Shown one piece after another: positions 44,001-57,799 of a stretch of 64,000 nucleotides of DNA. Below the pieces are notes generated by a model. That model did no database searches and was not told where the DNA came from. It was given only the letters and a program-made list of their open reading frames with translations. The translations under genes and the position numbers were made by a program. This stretch comes from the human T2T-CHM13v2.0 reference genome, Homo sapiens: the NCBI RefSeq assembly GCF_009914755.1, contig NC_060937.1. One strand, 5' to 3'. Each line of letters opens with the position of its first letter. The stretch's first letter is position 1.

Positions 44001-47000
44001 TTCCATTCCATTCCATACCCTTCGGGTTGATTCCTTTCCATTGCATTCCATTCCATTCCTTACCATTCCACTCCATTCCGTTCTATTCCATTCGGGTTGA
44101 TTCCATTCCATTCCGTTCCGTTCCATTGCATTCCATACCATTCCACTAGGGTTGATCCCATACCATTCCATTCCATTCCATTCCATTCCATTCCATTCCA
44201 CTCGGTTTGATTCCATTCCATTCCATTCCAATCCATTCCATTCCATTCCATTCCATTCCTTTCCAATTGATTCCATTCCATTCCATTCCATTCCATTCCA
44301 TTCCATTCCATTCCATTCCATTCGGGTTGATTCCATTCCATTCCTTTCCATTCCATTCCATTCCATTCCATTCCATTCCATTCCTTTCCATTCCATTCCA
44401 TTCCATTCCATTCCATTCCAGGTGATTCCATTCCATTCCATTTCATTCCATTCCATTCATTCCATTCCAGTTGATTCCATTCCATTCCATTCCATTCCAT
44501 TCCATACGACTCGGGTTATTTCCAATCCATTCCATTCCAGTCCATTCCATGCCAATCCATTCCATTCCATTCCATTCCATTCTGGTTGATTCCATTCCGT
44601 TGAATTTCTTTCCATTCCAATCCATTCCATTCCATTCCATTCCATTCCATTCTATTCAATTCGAGTTAATTCCATTCCTTTGAATTCCATTGCTTTCCAT
44701 CCCATTCCATTCCTTTCCACTCAGGGTGATTCCATTCCATTCCATTCCAATGCATTCCATTGCAGTTGATACCATTGCATTGCATTGTTTCCATTCCATT
44801 CCATTCCATTACATTACATTCCATTCCACTCGGTTTTATTCATTTCCGTTCCATTCCATTCCATTGCATTCCATTCCATTCCATTCCATTCGATTCCTCT
44901 TGGGTTGATTCCATTCCAATCCATGCCCCTTTATTCCATTCCATTCCATTCCATTGCATTCCATTCCGTTCCATTCCATTCCATACCCTTCGGGTTGATT
45001 CCTTTCCATTGCATTCCATTCCATTCCATACCGTTCCACTCCATTCCGTTCTGTTCCATTCGGGTTGATTCCATTCCATTCCGTTCCATTCCATTGCATT
45101 ACATACCATTCCACTAGGGTTGATCCCATACCATTCCATTCCATTGCATTCCATTCCATTCCATTCCACTCGGTTTGATTCTATTCCATTCCATTCCAAT
45201 CCATTCCATTCCATTCCATTCCATTCCTTTCCAATTGATTCCATTCCATTCCTTTCCATTCCATTCCATTCCATTCCATTCGGGTTGATTCCATTCCATT
45301 CCTTTCCATTCCATTCCATTCAATTCCATTCCATTCCAGTTGATTCCATTCCATTCCATTTCATTCCATTCCATTCATTCCATTCCAGTTGATTCCATTC
45401 CATTCCATTTCATTCCATTCCATTCCATTCCATACGACTCGGGTTGATTCCAATCCATTCCATTCCAGTCCATTCCATGCCATTCCATTCCATTCCATTC
45501 CATTCCATTCCATTCTGGTTGATTCCATTCCGTTGAATTTCTTTCCATTCCAATCCATTCCATTCCATTCCATTCCATTCCATTCCATTCCATTCCATTC
45601 TATTCCACTCGAGTTAATTCCATTCCTTTGAATTCCATTGCTTTCCATTCCATTCCATTCCATTCCTTTCCACTCAGGGTGATTCCATTCCATTCCATTC
45701 CAATGCATTCCATTGCAGTTGATACCACTGCATTGCATTGTTTCCATTCCATTCCATTCCATTACATTACATTACATTCCACTCGGTTTTATTCATTTCC
45801 GTTCCATTCCATTCCATTCCATTCTATTCCATTCCATTCCATTCCATTCGATTCCTCTTGGGTTGATTCCATTCCAATCCATGCCCCTTTATTCCATTCC
45901 ATTCCATTCCATTGCATTCCATTCCGTTCCATTCCATTCCATTCCATTCCGTTCCATTCCATTCCATACCATTCCACCAAAGTTGATTGCATGCTATTCC
46001 ATTCCATTCCATTCCATTCCATTCCATTCCATTCCTTTCCACTTTGGTTGATTCCATTCCATTCAATTCCATTCCATTCCATTCCATTCCTTTCCACTTT
46101 CGTTGATTCCATTCCATTCAATTCCGTTCCATTCCGTTCCTTTCCGTTCCGTTCCATTCCATTCCATTCCATTTCATTCCATGGCATTCCACTCAGGTTG
46201 ATTCCATTCCATTCCATTCCATTCCATTCCATTCCATTCCATTCCATACCCTTCTGATTGATTCCTTTCCATTCCATTCCATTCCATAACATTCCACTCC
46301 ATTCCGTTCCATTCCATTCGAGTTGATTCTGTTCCATTCCATGCCCTTTTATTCCATTCCATTCCATTCCATTCCATTCCATTCCTTACCATTCCACCAA
46401 AGTTGATTGCATGTTATTCCACTCCATTCCATTCCATTCCATTCCATTCCATTCCATTCCATTCCATTCCATTCCATTCCATTCCTTTCCAGTACATTCC
46501 ACTCGGGTTGATTCCATACCATTCCATTCCATTCATTCCTTTCCATTACTTTCCATCGCAGTCGGGTTGATTCCATTCCATTCCTTTCCATTCCATTCCT
46601 TTCCTTTCCATTCCATTCCTCTCAGGTGGATTCCGTTGCATTCCATTCCATTCCAATGCACTCGGTTTGATTCATTTCCATTCCATTCCATTCCATTCCT
46701 CTCGGGTTGATTCCATTCCATTCCATGCCCTTTTATTCCATTGCATTCCGTTCCGTTCCATTCCATTCCATACCATTCCACCAATGTTGACTGCATGCTA
46801 TTCCATTCCATTCCATTCCATTCCATTCCATTCCTTTCCTTTCCACTTGGGTTGATTGCATTCCATTCAATTCCATTCCGGTCCGTTCCATTCCATTCCA
46901 TTCCATTCCATTTCCTTCCATTGCATTCCACTGGGATTGACTCCACTCCATTCCATTCCATTCCATTCCATTCCATTCCATTCCATACCCTTCGGGTTGA

Positions 47001-50000
47001 TTCCTTTCCATTCGGGTTGATTCCATTCCTTTCAATTCCGTTCCATTCCGTTCCTTTCCTTTCCATTCCATTCCGTTTCATTCCATTGCTTTCCACTCGG
47101 TTTGATTGCATTACTTTCCATTCCATTCCATTTCATTCAATTCCATACCCTTCGGGTTGATTCCTTTCCATTCCATTCCATTCCATACCATTCCACTCCA
47201 TTCCGCTCCATTCCATTCGGGTTGATTCCGTTCCATTCCATGCCCTTTTATTCCATTCCATTCCATTCCATTCCATTCCATTCCATTCCATTCCATTCCA
47301 TTCAATTCAATTCAATTCCATTCCATTCTTTTCCACTCGGGTAGTTTCCATTCCATTCAATTCCATTCCGTTCCGTTCCATTCCGTTCCGTTCCTTTCCA
47401 TTCCATTCCATTTCATTCCATTGCATTCCACTCGGGTTGACTCCATTCCATTCCATTCCATTCCTTTCCATTCCATACCCTTCTGGTTGATTCCTTTCCA
47501 TTCCATTCCATTCCATACCATTCCACTCCATTGCGTTCTATTCCATTCGGGTTGATTCCATTCCATTCCGTTCCGTTCCATTTCTTTCCATACCATTCCA
47601 CTAGGGTTGATCCCATACCATTCCATTCCATTGCATTCCATTCCATTCCATTCCACTCGGGTTGATTCCATTCCATTCCATTCCATTCCATTCCATTCCA
47701 TTCCATTCCATTCAATTCCATTTCATTCGGGTTGATTCCATTCCATTCCTTTCCATTCCATTCCATTCCATTCCATTCCATTCCATTCCAATTGATTCCA
47801 TTCCATTCCATTCCATTCCATTCCATTCATTCCATTCCAGTTGATTCCATTCCATTCCATTCCATTCCATTCCCTTCCCTTCCATTCCATTCCATTCCAT
47901 TCCATTCGACTCGGGTTGATTCCAATCCATTCCATTCCAATCCATTCCATGCCATTCCATTCCATTCCATTCCATTCTTGTTGATTCCATTCCGTTGAAT
48001 TTCTTTCCATTCCAATCCATTCCATTCCATTCCATTCCATTCCATTCTATTCAATTCGAGTTAATTCCATTCCTTTGAATTCCATTGCTTTCCATCCCAT
48101 TCCATTCCTTTCCACTCAGGGTGATTCCATTCCATTCCATTCCAATGCATTCCATTGCAGTTGATACCATTGCATTGCATTGTTTCCATTCCATTCCATT
48201 CCATTACATTACATTCCATTCCACTCGGTTTTATTCATTTCCGTTCCATTCCATTCCATTGCATTCCATTCCATTCCATTCCATTCGATTCCTCTTGGGT
48301 TGATTCCATTCCAATCCATGCCCCTTTATTCCATTCCATTCCATTCCATTGCATTCCATTCCGTTCCATTCCATTCCATACCCTTCGGGTTGATTCCTTT
48401 CCATTGCATTCCATTCCATTCCATACCGTTCCACTCCATTCCGTTCTATTCCATTCGGGTTGATTCCATTCCATTCCGTTCCATTCCATTGCATTACATA
48501 CCATTCCACTAGGGTTGATCCCATACCATTCCATTCCATTGCATTCCATTCCATTCCATTCCACTCGGTTTGATTCTATTCCATTCCATTCCAATCCATT
48601 CCATTCCATTCCATTCCATTCCTTTCCAATTGATTCCATTCCATTCCTTTCCATTCCATTCCATTCCATTCCATTCGGGTTGATTCCATTCCATTCCTTT
48701 CCATTCCATTCCATTCAATTCCATTCCATTCCAGTTGATTCCATTCCATTCCATTTCATTCCATTCCATTCATTCCATTCCAGTTGATTCCATTCCATTC
48801 CATTTCATTCCATTCCATTCCATTCCATACGACTCGGGTTGATTCCAATCCATTCCATTCCAGTCCATTCCATGCCATTCCATTCCATTCCATTCCATTC
48901 CATTCCATTCTGGTTGATTCCATTCCGTTGAATTTCTTTCCATTCCAATCCATTCCATTCCATTCCATTCCATTCCATTCCATTCCATTCCATTCTATTC
49001 CACTCGAGTTAATTCCATTCCTTTGAATTCCATTGCTTTCCATTCCATTCCATTCCATTCCTTTCCACTCAGGGTGATTCCATTCCATTCCATTCCAATG
49101 CATTCCATTGCAGTTGATACCACTGCATTGCATTGTTTCCATTCCATTCCATTCCATTACATTACATTACATTACATTCCACTCGGTTTTTTTCATTTCC
49201 GTTCCATTCCATTCCATTCCATTCTATTCCATTCCATTCCATTCCATTCGATTCCTCTTGGGTTGATTCCATTCCAATCCATGCCCCTTTATTCCATTCC
49301 ATTCCATTCCATTGCATTCCATTCCGTTCCATTCCATTCCATTCCATTCCGTTCCATTCCATTCCATACCATTCCACCAAAGTTGATTGCATGCTATTCC
49401 ATTCCATTCCATTCCATTCCATTCCATTCCATTCCTTTCCACTTTGGTTGATTCCATTCCATTCAATTCCATTCCATTCCATTCCATTCCTTTCCACTTT
49501 CGTTGATTCCATTCCATTCAATTCCGTTCCATTCCGTTCCTTTCCGTTCCGTTCCATTCCATTCCATTCCATTTCATTCCATGGCATTCCACTCAGGTTG
49601 ATTCCATTCCATTCCATTCCATTCCATTCCATTCCATTCCATACCCTTCTGATTGATTCCTTTCCATTCCATTCCATTCCATAACATTCCACTCCATTCC
49701 GTTCCATTCCATTCGAGTTGATTCTGTTCCATTCCATGCCCTTTTATTCCATTCCATTCCATTCCATTCCATTCCATTCCTTACCATTCCACCAAAGTTG
49801 ATTGCATGTTATTCCACTCCATTCCATTCCATTCCATTCCATTCCATTCCATTCCATTCCATTCCATTCCTTTCCAGTACATTCCACTCGGGTTGATTCC
49901 ATACCATTCCATTCCATTCATTCCTTTCCATTACTTTCCATCGCAGTCGGGTTGATTCCTTTCCATTCCATTCCATTCCATACCATTCCACTCCATTCCG

Positions 50001-50830
50001 CTCCATTCCATTCGGGTTGATTCCGTTCCATTCCATGCCCTTTTATTCCATTCCATTCCATTCCATTCCATTCCATTCCATTCCATTCCATTCCATTCCA
50101 TTCAATTCAATTCCATTCCATTCTTTTCCACTCGGGTAGTTTCCATTCCATTCAATTCCATTCCGTTCCGTTCCATTCCGTTCCGTTCCTTTCCATTCCA
50201 TTCCATTTCATTCCATTGCATTCCACTCGGGTTGACTCCATTCCATTCCATTCCATTCCTTTCCATTCCATACCCTTCTGGTTGATTCCTTTCCATTCCA
50301 TTCCATTCCATACCATTCCACTCCATTGCGTTCTATTCCATTCGGGTTGATTCCATTCCATTCCGTTCCGTTCCATTTCTTTCCATACCATTCCACTAGG
50401 GTTGATCCCATACCATTCCATTCCATTGCATTCCATTCCATTCCATTCCACTCGGGTTGATTCCATTCCATTCCTTTCCATTCCATTCCATTCCATTCCA
50501 TTCCATTCCAATTGATTCCATTCCATTCCATTCCATTCCATTCCATTCATTCCATTCCAGTTGATTCCATTCCATTCCATTCCATTCCATTCCCTTCCCT
50601 TCCATTCCATTCCATTCCATTCCATTCGACTCGGGTTGATTCCAATCCATTCCATTCCAATCCATTCCATGCCATTCCATTCCATTCCATTCCATTCTTG
50701 TTGATTCCATTCCGTTGAATTTCTTTCCATTCCAATCCATTCCATTCCATTCCATTCCATTCCATTCCATTCCATTCCATTCTATTCCACTCGAGTTAAT
50801 TCCATTCCTTTGAATTCCTTTGCTTTCCAT
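44000..50830 (+). repeat. HSat3 domain IV: near-identical ~3.4 kb tandem duplication containing an internal ~950 bp dimer
   Basis: Identical translated ORFs at offset 3395 (44690/48085, 45361/48756). GAGTTAATTCCATTCCTTTGAATTCC at ~44663, 45611, 48058, 49006, 50793. Confidence 0.9.
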
Positions 50831-53290
50831 TCCATTCCAATCCATTCCTTTTCATTCTATTACACTCGGTTGTTTCCATTCCATTCATTTCTTTTCCATT
50901 CCATTCCATTCCTTTCCATTCCACTCATGTTTATTCCATTCAATCCATTCCTTTACATTCCATTCCATTCCATTCCAGTTGATTCCATTGCATTCCATTC
51001 CATTCCATTCCATTCCATTCTATTCCTTTCCATTCCACTTGGGTTGATTCCATTCCATTCTATTCCATTCCATTCCATTCCATTCTATTCTATTCCATTC
51101 CTTTTCACTTATGTTGATGCCATTCCATTCCAATCCATTTTATTCCTTTCCATTCCATTCTATTCCTTTCCATACCATTCCACTCGGGTGGAATCCATAA
51201 CATTCCATTCTATTCCATTCCATTCCTTTCCATTCCATTCCATTCCACTTGTGTTGATTCCATTCCATTCCTTTCCATTCCATTCCATCCCATTCCATTC
51301 CATTCCATTCCATTCGTGTTGATTCCATTCCATTGCATTCCATTTCATTGCATTCCATTCCATTCCATTGCACTCCATTCCATTCCATTCCACTCCATTC
51401 CATTCCATTCCATTCCACCCAGATTGATTTCATTCTATTCCATTCCATTCCGTTCCATTCCATTCCAGTTGATTCCAATGCATTCCATTCCTTTCCATTC
51501 CACTGCATTCCATTCCACTCCATTCCACTCGGGTTGATTCCATTCCATTCCATTCCATTCCTTTCCATTCCACTCGGGTTGATTCCATTCCGTTCCTTTC
51601 CATTGCATTTCACTCGGGTTGATTCCATTCCATTCCATTCCATTTTATTCCATTCCATTCCATTCCATACCTTTCCATTCCACACGGGTAAATTCCATTC
51701 CATTCCATTCCATTGCATTCCATTCCATTGCATTCCATTCGGGTTGATTCCTTTCCATTCCATTCCATCCCATTCCATTCCACTCCATTCCATTCCATTC
51801 AGTTCATTTCCATTCCATTCCACTCCATTCCATTCCATTCAATTCCTTTCCATACCACTCCATTCTATTCCATTCTATTCCACTCGGGTTTATTCCATTC
51901 CATTCCAATCCATTCCATTCCATTCCATTCCATTCCACTCGTGTTCTTTCCATTCCATTCCATTCCATTCTATCCCGTTCCTTTCCTTTCTATTCCGTTC
52001 CATTCCATTCCCTTACACTGGTGTTCATTCCATTCCGTTCCGTTCCATTCCATTCCATTCATTTCCATTCCATTCCATTGCACTCCACTCGGGTTGCTTC
52101 CATTCCATTCCATTCTATTCCATTCCATTCAATTAAATTCCATTCCATTCCATTCCATTCCAGTTCATTCCATTCCTTTCCATTCCATTCCATTCCATTC
52201 CATTCCATTCCATTCCATTCCCTTCCATTCCATTCCATTCAATTCCATTCCGTTGCATTGGAATCTGGTTGATTCCAATCCATTCCATTACATTCCATTC
52301 TTTTCCATTCCATTCCATTCCACTCGGTTTGTTTCCATTACGTTGAATTGCATTCCATTCCATTCCATTCCATTGAAATTCATTGCTTTCCATTCCACTT
52401 GGTTTGTTTCCTTTCCATTCCATTAATTTCCAATAAATTCCCTTCTATTCATTCCATTCCATTCCATTCCATTCCACTCATGTTGATTCCATTCCATTCC
52501 ATTCCATTCCATTCCATTCTAGTTGATTCCATTGCATTCCGTGCTGTTCCATTCCATTCCACTCCATTCGAATCCTTTCCTCTTGGGTTGATTCCATTCC
52601 ATTCCATTCCATTCCATTCCATTCCATTGAATTCCATTCCATTGCATTCCACTCGGGTTGATTCCATTCCATTCCATTGCATTCCATTCCATTCCATTCC
52701 ATTTCCTTCCATTCCAGTTGATTCCATTCCATTCCATTCCATTCCATTCCACTAGGGTTGATTTCATTCGATTCCGTTCCATTCCTGTTTTCCCTTCCAT
52801 TCCATTCCATTCCATTCCACTCGGGTTTACTCCATTCCATGCCATTGCATTCCATTCCTTTCTATTAAATTCCATTCTTTTCCATTCCATTCCTTTCCAC
52901 TCGAGTTGATTCCATTCCATTCTATTCCATTCCGTACCATTCCGTTCCATTCCATTTCAATCGGGTTTATTCCATTCCATTCAATTCTATTCCATTCCAT
53001 TCAATTCCATGCCACTCGGGTTAATTCTATTCCATTCCATTCCATTGCATTCCCTTCCATTCCATTCCACTCGGGTGATTCCATTCCATTCCATTCCACT
53101 CGGGATAACTCCATTCCATTCCAATCCATTCCTCTCGGGTTGATTCCATTCCATTCCATTCCAGTCCATTCCATTCCATTCCATTCCATTCCATTCCTTT
53201 CCATTTGATTCCATTCCATTGAATTCCATTGCATTCCTTTCCATTCCAATGCATTCCAGTCGGGTTGATTCCATTCCATTCCATTCCATT
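50830..53290 (+). repeat. Degenerate HSat3 rim next to the junction
   Basis: Many one-off pentamer variants (e.g. GCATTGGAATCTGG, CAATAAATTCCC, GGGATAACTCC) and no recurrence of the landmarks of domains I-IV. Confidence 0.7.
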
Positions 53291-54380
53291 CTTATGGTTT
53301 TATATAAATTTTAGGATTTTTTTTCTGTTTCTGTGAAGTGTGTTATTCGTATTTCAATAAGGATTGCATTGAATCTGTAGATTGCTTTGTGAAGTATGTG
53401 TATTTTAATAATATTTACTCTTCCAATAAATGAACATGGACAATCTTTCCATTTTTTTTGTGTCCTCTTTAATTTTTTTGCATCGATATTTTATACTTTT
53501 CATTGTAGAGATCTTTCACTTCTTCTGTTATGTTTATTCCCAGTTATTTTATTTTATTTGTAGCTATTGTAAATGGGTTTACATTGTTGATTTTCTTCTT
53601 TAGATTGTTCATTTTTGTCATTTAGAAATGCTACTCACTTTTGTAGCTTGATTTTGTATGTTGTGACTCTGAATTTGTTGATCAGTTCTAATAGTTTTTT
53701 GGTGGAGTCCTTAGGTTTTTCCAAATATAAGATCAAGTCATCTGCAAACAATAAAACATTAATAATTTTACTTCTTTCCAATGTGCATCCCTTTTATTGT
53801 TTTTCTCTTGTCTGAATTGCTCTAGCTAGGACTTCCAGTACTGTGTTGAGTAACAGTGTTGGAAGTGGACATTCTTGTCCTGTTCCAGATCTTAGAAGAA
53901 AGGCTTTCAGCTTTTCCCTGTTCAGGATGATTCTGGCTGTGGGTCTGATGCATTTGGTTTTTATTGTGTTGTGGTATGTTCCTTCTACATCTAGTTTTTG
54001 TTTGAGGGTTTCTTTTTATCACAGGGATGTTGAATTTTATTAAATGCTTTTCATTATCAATTGAAATTATCATATGGTTTTTGTCCTTCATTCTGTTGAT
54101 ATGATGTGTCACATTGAGTGATTTGCATATGTTGAACCATGTTGGCATCATCGGGATAAATCCCACTTAGACGTGATGAATGGTCTTTTTCATAGGATGA
54201 GTTTGGAAATACTACAGCCTTCTCTGTTTTTTGGAATAGTTTGGGTAGGATTGAAAGTAATTCTGCCTTCAATGTTTGGTAAAATTAATCCATGAAGCCA
54301 GTGAAGCCATTGAATCCAGGCTTCTCTTTGCTAGGAGATGTTTTATTATGGCTTCAATTTCATTTATCCATTTCTTCTAG

Positions 54381-54669
<289 letters not shown>

Positions 54670-55095
54670 ATTTCTTCCAGGTTTTTCAATTTATTGGAAT
54701 ATAGTCGGTCATAATAGTTTCTAATGATTCTTTGAATTTCCACAGTATCAGTTATAGTGTCTCCTTTTCAATCTCTGGTTTTATGTATTTGAATCTTCTC
54801 TCTTTTTTCTTAGTCTCGTTAAGTGTTTGTTGATTTTGTTGGTCTTTTAAAAATATTAACTTTTCATTTCATTGATATTTTATATTGCTAAATTTCAATT
54901 TCATTTATTTCTGCTCCAACCTTTGCTATGTTTCCTTCTACTAATTTAGGTTTTGGTTTGTTCTTGCTTTTCTAATTATTTAAGATGCATTATTAGGTTG
55001 TTTATTTGAAGCTTTTCTACTTTTTTTGATGTAGGTGCTTTTTTCTATAAACTTACCTCTTAGTACTGTAGTACTGTTTTTACTGTATCCCATAG

Positions 55096-55399
<304 letters not shown>

Positions 55400-55529
55400 T
55401 CTACCCTAGGTTTTGGTTTGACTTTAAACTTTTTCTTTTCTTGAAAACTCAGTGTCATGGTACCGGCTTCTTGTGCTTTGGGCAGTGAGACCCTTTTACT
55501 TGATAACAGTGGTAGCTGGGACAATTTGG

Positions 55530-55820
55530 CAATGTAAATAAATAAACAGCATCTAGATTGGAAAAGAAGAAGTACAGTTATCTTTATGTACAGATGACAT
55601 GATCTTGCATTTAGAAAATCGTAAGAAATTTACTAAAAAGTATTAGGACTCATGAACAAATTTAAGAATGTAACACTGTATAAGATTGGTATACAAAAAT
55701 AACTGTATTTCTTTACCAAGAAATCAAGAATCCAAAAATGGAATTACAAAAATAAATCTTGTTACAATAGAATTAAAGCTGGGGAAGCTTAAACTTGAAC
55801 ACTAAAAACTACAATACATG
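55530..55820 (+). mobile_element. Old LINE-1 (L1M) ORF2 fragment, sense orientation
   Basis: GGAAAAGAAGAAGTACAGTTATCTTTATGTACAGATGACATGATCTTGCATTTAGAAAAT reads GKEEVQLSLCTDDMILHLEN, a decayed form of L1 GKEEVKLSLFADDMILYLEN. Confidence 0.8.
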
Positions 55821-56362
55821 GTTAGCATTGGAAACACCCAGATACCATCCCTGAGCCTTCTCTCCTTGGCTCTGAGGGCTTTACCTTCACGGGGTGAGGA
55901 AAGGGGTTGCATTCTTGGCTTTTACATTATATTAGGTGGGTTCGGGTTGAGGTATCTGCAATTCAAATGAGTATTACAATCTCTACTTTATTGATAAGAG
56001 ACTGAGGCCCACCAAGAGAGGGAATGACAGTCCATATCCTGGAAGGCGAATTGTCAGGCACTGATTTCCGCTATTTAACCCCTGCCAATCATCAAGTATT
56101 TAAAGGATCCCCAGATACCATACCAATAGGTGTTCAAGAGAGAGGCCTGTAATCTAGGCGTCTGAGAAAACAAGGCTATAGATTCCAATATTAGAGACAA
56201 CAGGGCTCTGGGAAGATTAAGGTTGAGTTTTCTGGATCTGCAGAATAGAGTCACTGAGGACCAATTGCAAGATCAGAGGAGATGAAAGAACAAGTCAGGG
56301 CATGCTTAGGAAAAGAGAATACCAGGGATAGGTTTTAGGCAAGAGTCACACTGAGGAAGGGC

Positions 56363-56697
56363 AGGTTCTTGGCGTCGCTCAGGAAGAAATCCAAAAGCAA
56401 GCCTATGGTGGAAGAAAGCAGCTCTACGGAGGCATTGGCGGTGTTACAACCCTGCAACCACTCCGGCAGGGCAGGGAGCCCTCCGTGGGTTGTGCTCCCA
56501 GAGCAGCAGCCTAGGGGTGGCTTGTAGTCACTTTTATAATTCACTTTTAATGGCATGCTAATTAAGGGGAGGGTTATTCAGAAATAGCTAGAAATGGGCA
56601 GTAACTTCCATCTGTTTCCATGGCAAGGGGTGGGGACTTCTCGTGATGACATGGCATTGGCAAACTGTCATGGCACTGGAGGGAGCGTCTTCTGGTG
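56363..56697 (-). mobile_element. ERV1 LTR fragment, MER41-family-like
   Basis: Minus strand reads AGACGCTCCCTCCAGTGCCATGACAGTTTGCCAATGCCATG...GGAAGTTAC...CCCCTTAATTAGCATG...TATAAAAG...GCCAAGAACC, matching my recollection of MER41 LTR organisation. Boundaries approximate. Confidence 0.6.
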
Positions 56698-57316
56698 ATC
56701 TGAGGTGTGAGGTGCTTTTGCTGCCTCTCCCAGTTTCCTGCGTGCCTCTTACCTGAAAGCCTATCAACACCCCCATCTGCCCACCTACAAACGTCACTGC
56801 CCTTTCACCCCACCCCCGTTTCACACGCACTCCCACATCAACCCTGAGCATTCAAGCCTGCGTTTCCCTGTTGGGAACATCGGTGGTAGCCAGAGCTCTG
56901 AGAAACCCCTATGCAGAACTCCTTGCCTAGTTTGTGGCAGAAATCAGGGAAGGAAAGGCAAATTTCAGGTCTTTCTCACAATAAATAAATAAAGATAGGT
57001 AGATTTGATTGATTGATGGATGGATGAAACGTGGGAGTCTACGGGCAAATATTTATCAGACACTGGAAGTGAAAGTTGTCACAAAGATTATGGAGTGCAC
57101 CTGTCTTATGACCCTGTTATTTTATCCTAGTATATGCATTAGAGCATATTTTCTAACTGTGTAAATTGAAGGCTCACAAATTAGTTTAGTGAGAGAAAAG
57201 ATAACAGATTGGAAGAGAATTACCATATTCATTAGTTGTGTTTTTAAAATTTTAAAGTAAAATAGAGACATGATTTTTTTCATGCTTTCGAATGTATCTA
57301 TAAAAAATAGACTTGA

Positions 57317-57755
<439 letters not shown>

Positions 57756-57799
57756 TTAAGTCCGGGTCTCTGGGTAACTGGACTCAACTGCTGGGCAAA

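Larger units (their letters stand above)
1..53290 (+). repeat. Human Satellite 3 (HSat3/SatIII) array, (CATTC)n with interspersed ACTCGGGTTG decamer variants
   Basis: Continuous ATTCC pentamer interrupted by ACTCGGGTTGATTCC (reverse complement of the classical SatIII CAACCCGAGT(GGAAT)n) and variants CTCAGG, CTTGGG, CTCTGG, CTCGTG, CTCGAG. No strand switch seen. Ends at ...ccattccatt|cttatggtttt. Confidence 0.98.

Noticed and set aside
63-53289. Hundreds of overlapping ORFs up to 429 aa (MEWNG..., IPFHS...)
   Set aside because: A 5-bp repeat lacking stop codons gives the same pentapeptides in every frame. There is no gene structure, and many starts are TTG/GTG calls unsuited to a mammalian genome.
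1-53290. HSat2, telomeric repeat or EWS-FLI1-type (GGAA)n microsatellite
   Set aside because: It lacks the frequent CATTCGATGATG pattern of HSat2, has no TTAGGG runs, and the period is 5 (GGAAT), not 4.
1-53290. Canonical heat-shock elements in the satellite
   Set aside because: GAA blocks are direct repeats on the minus strand. By eye I saw no clear nGAAnnTTCnnGAAn triplets, so no HSE is called; a PWM scan would be needed.
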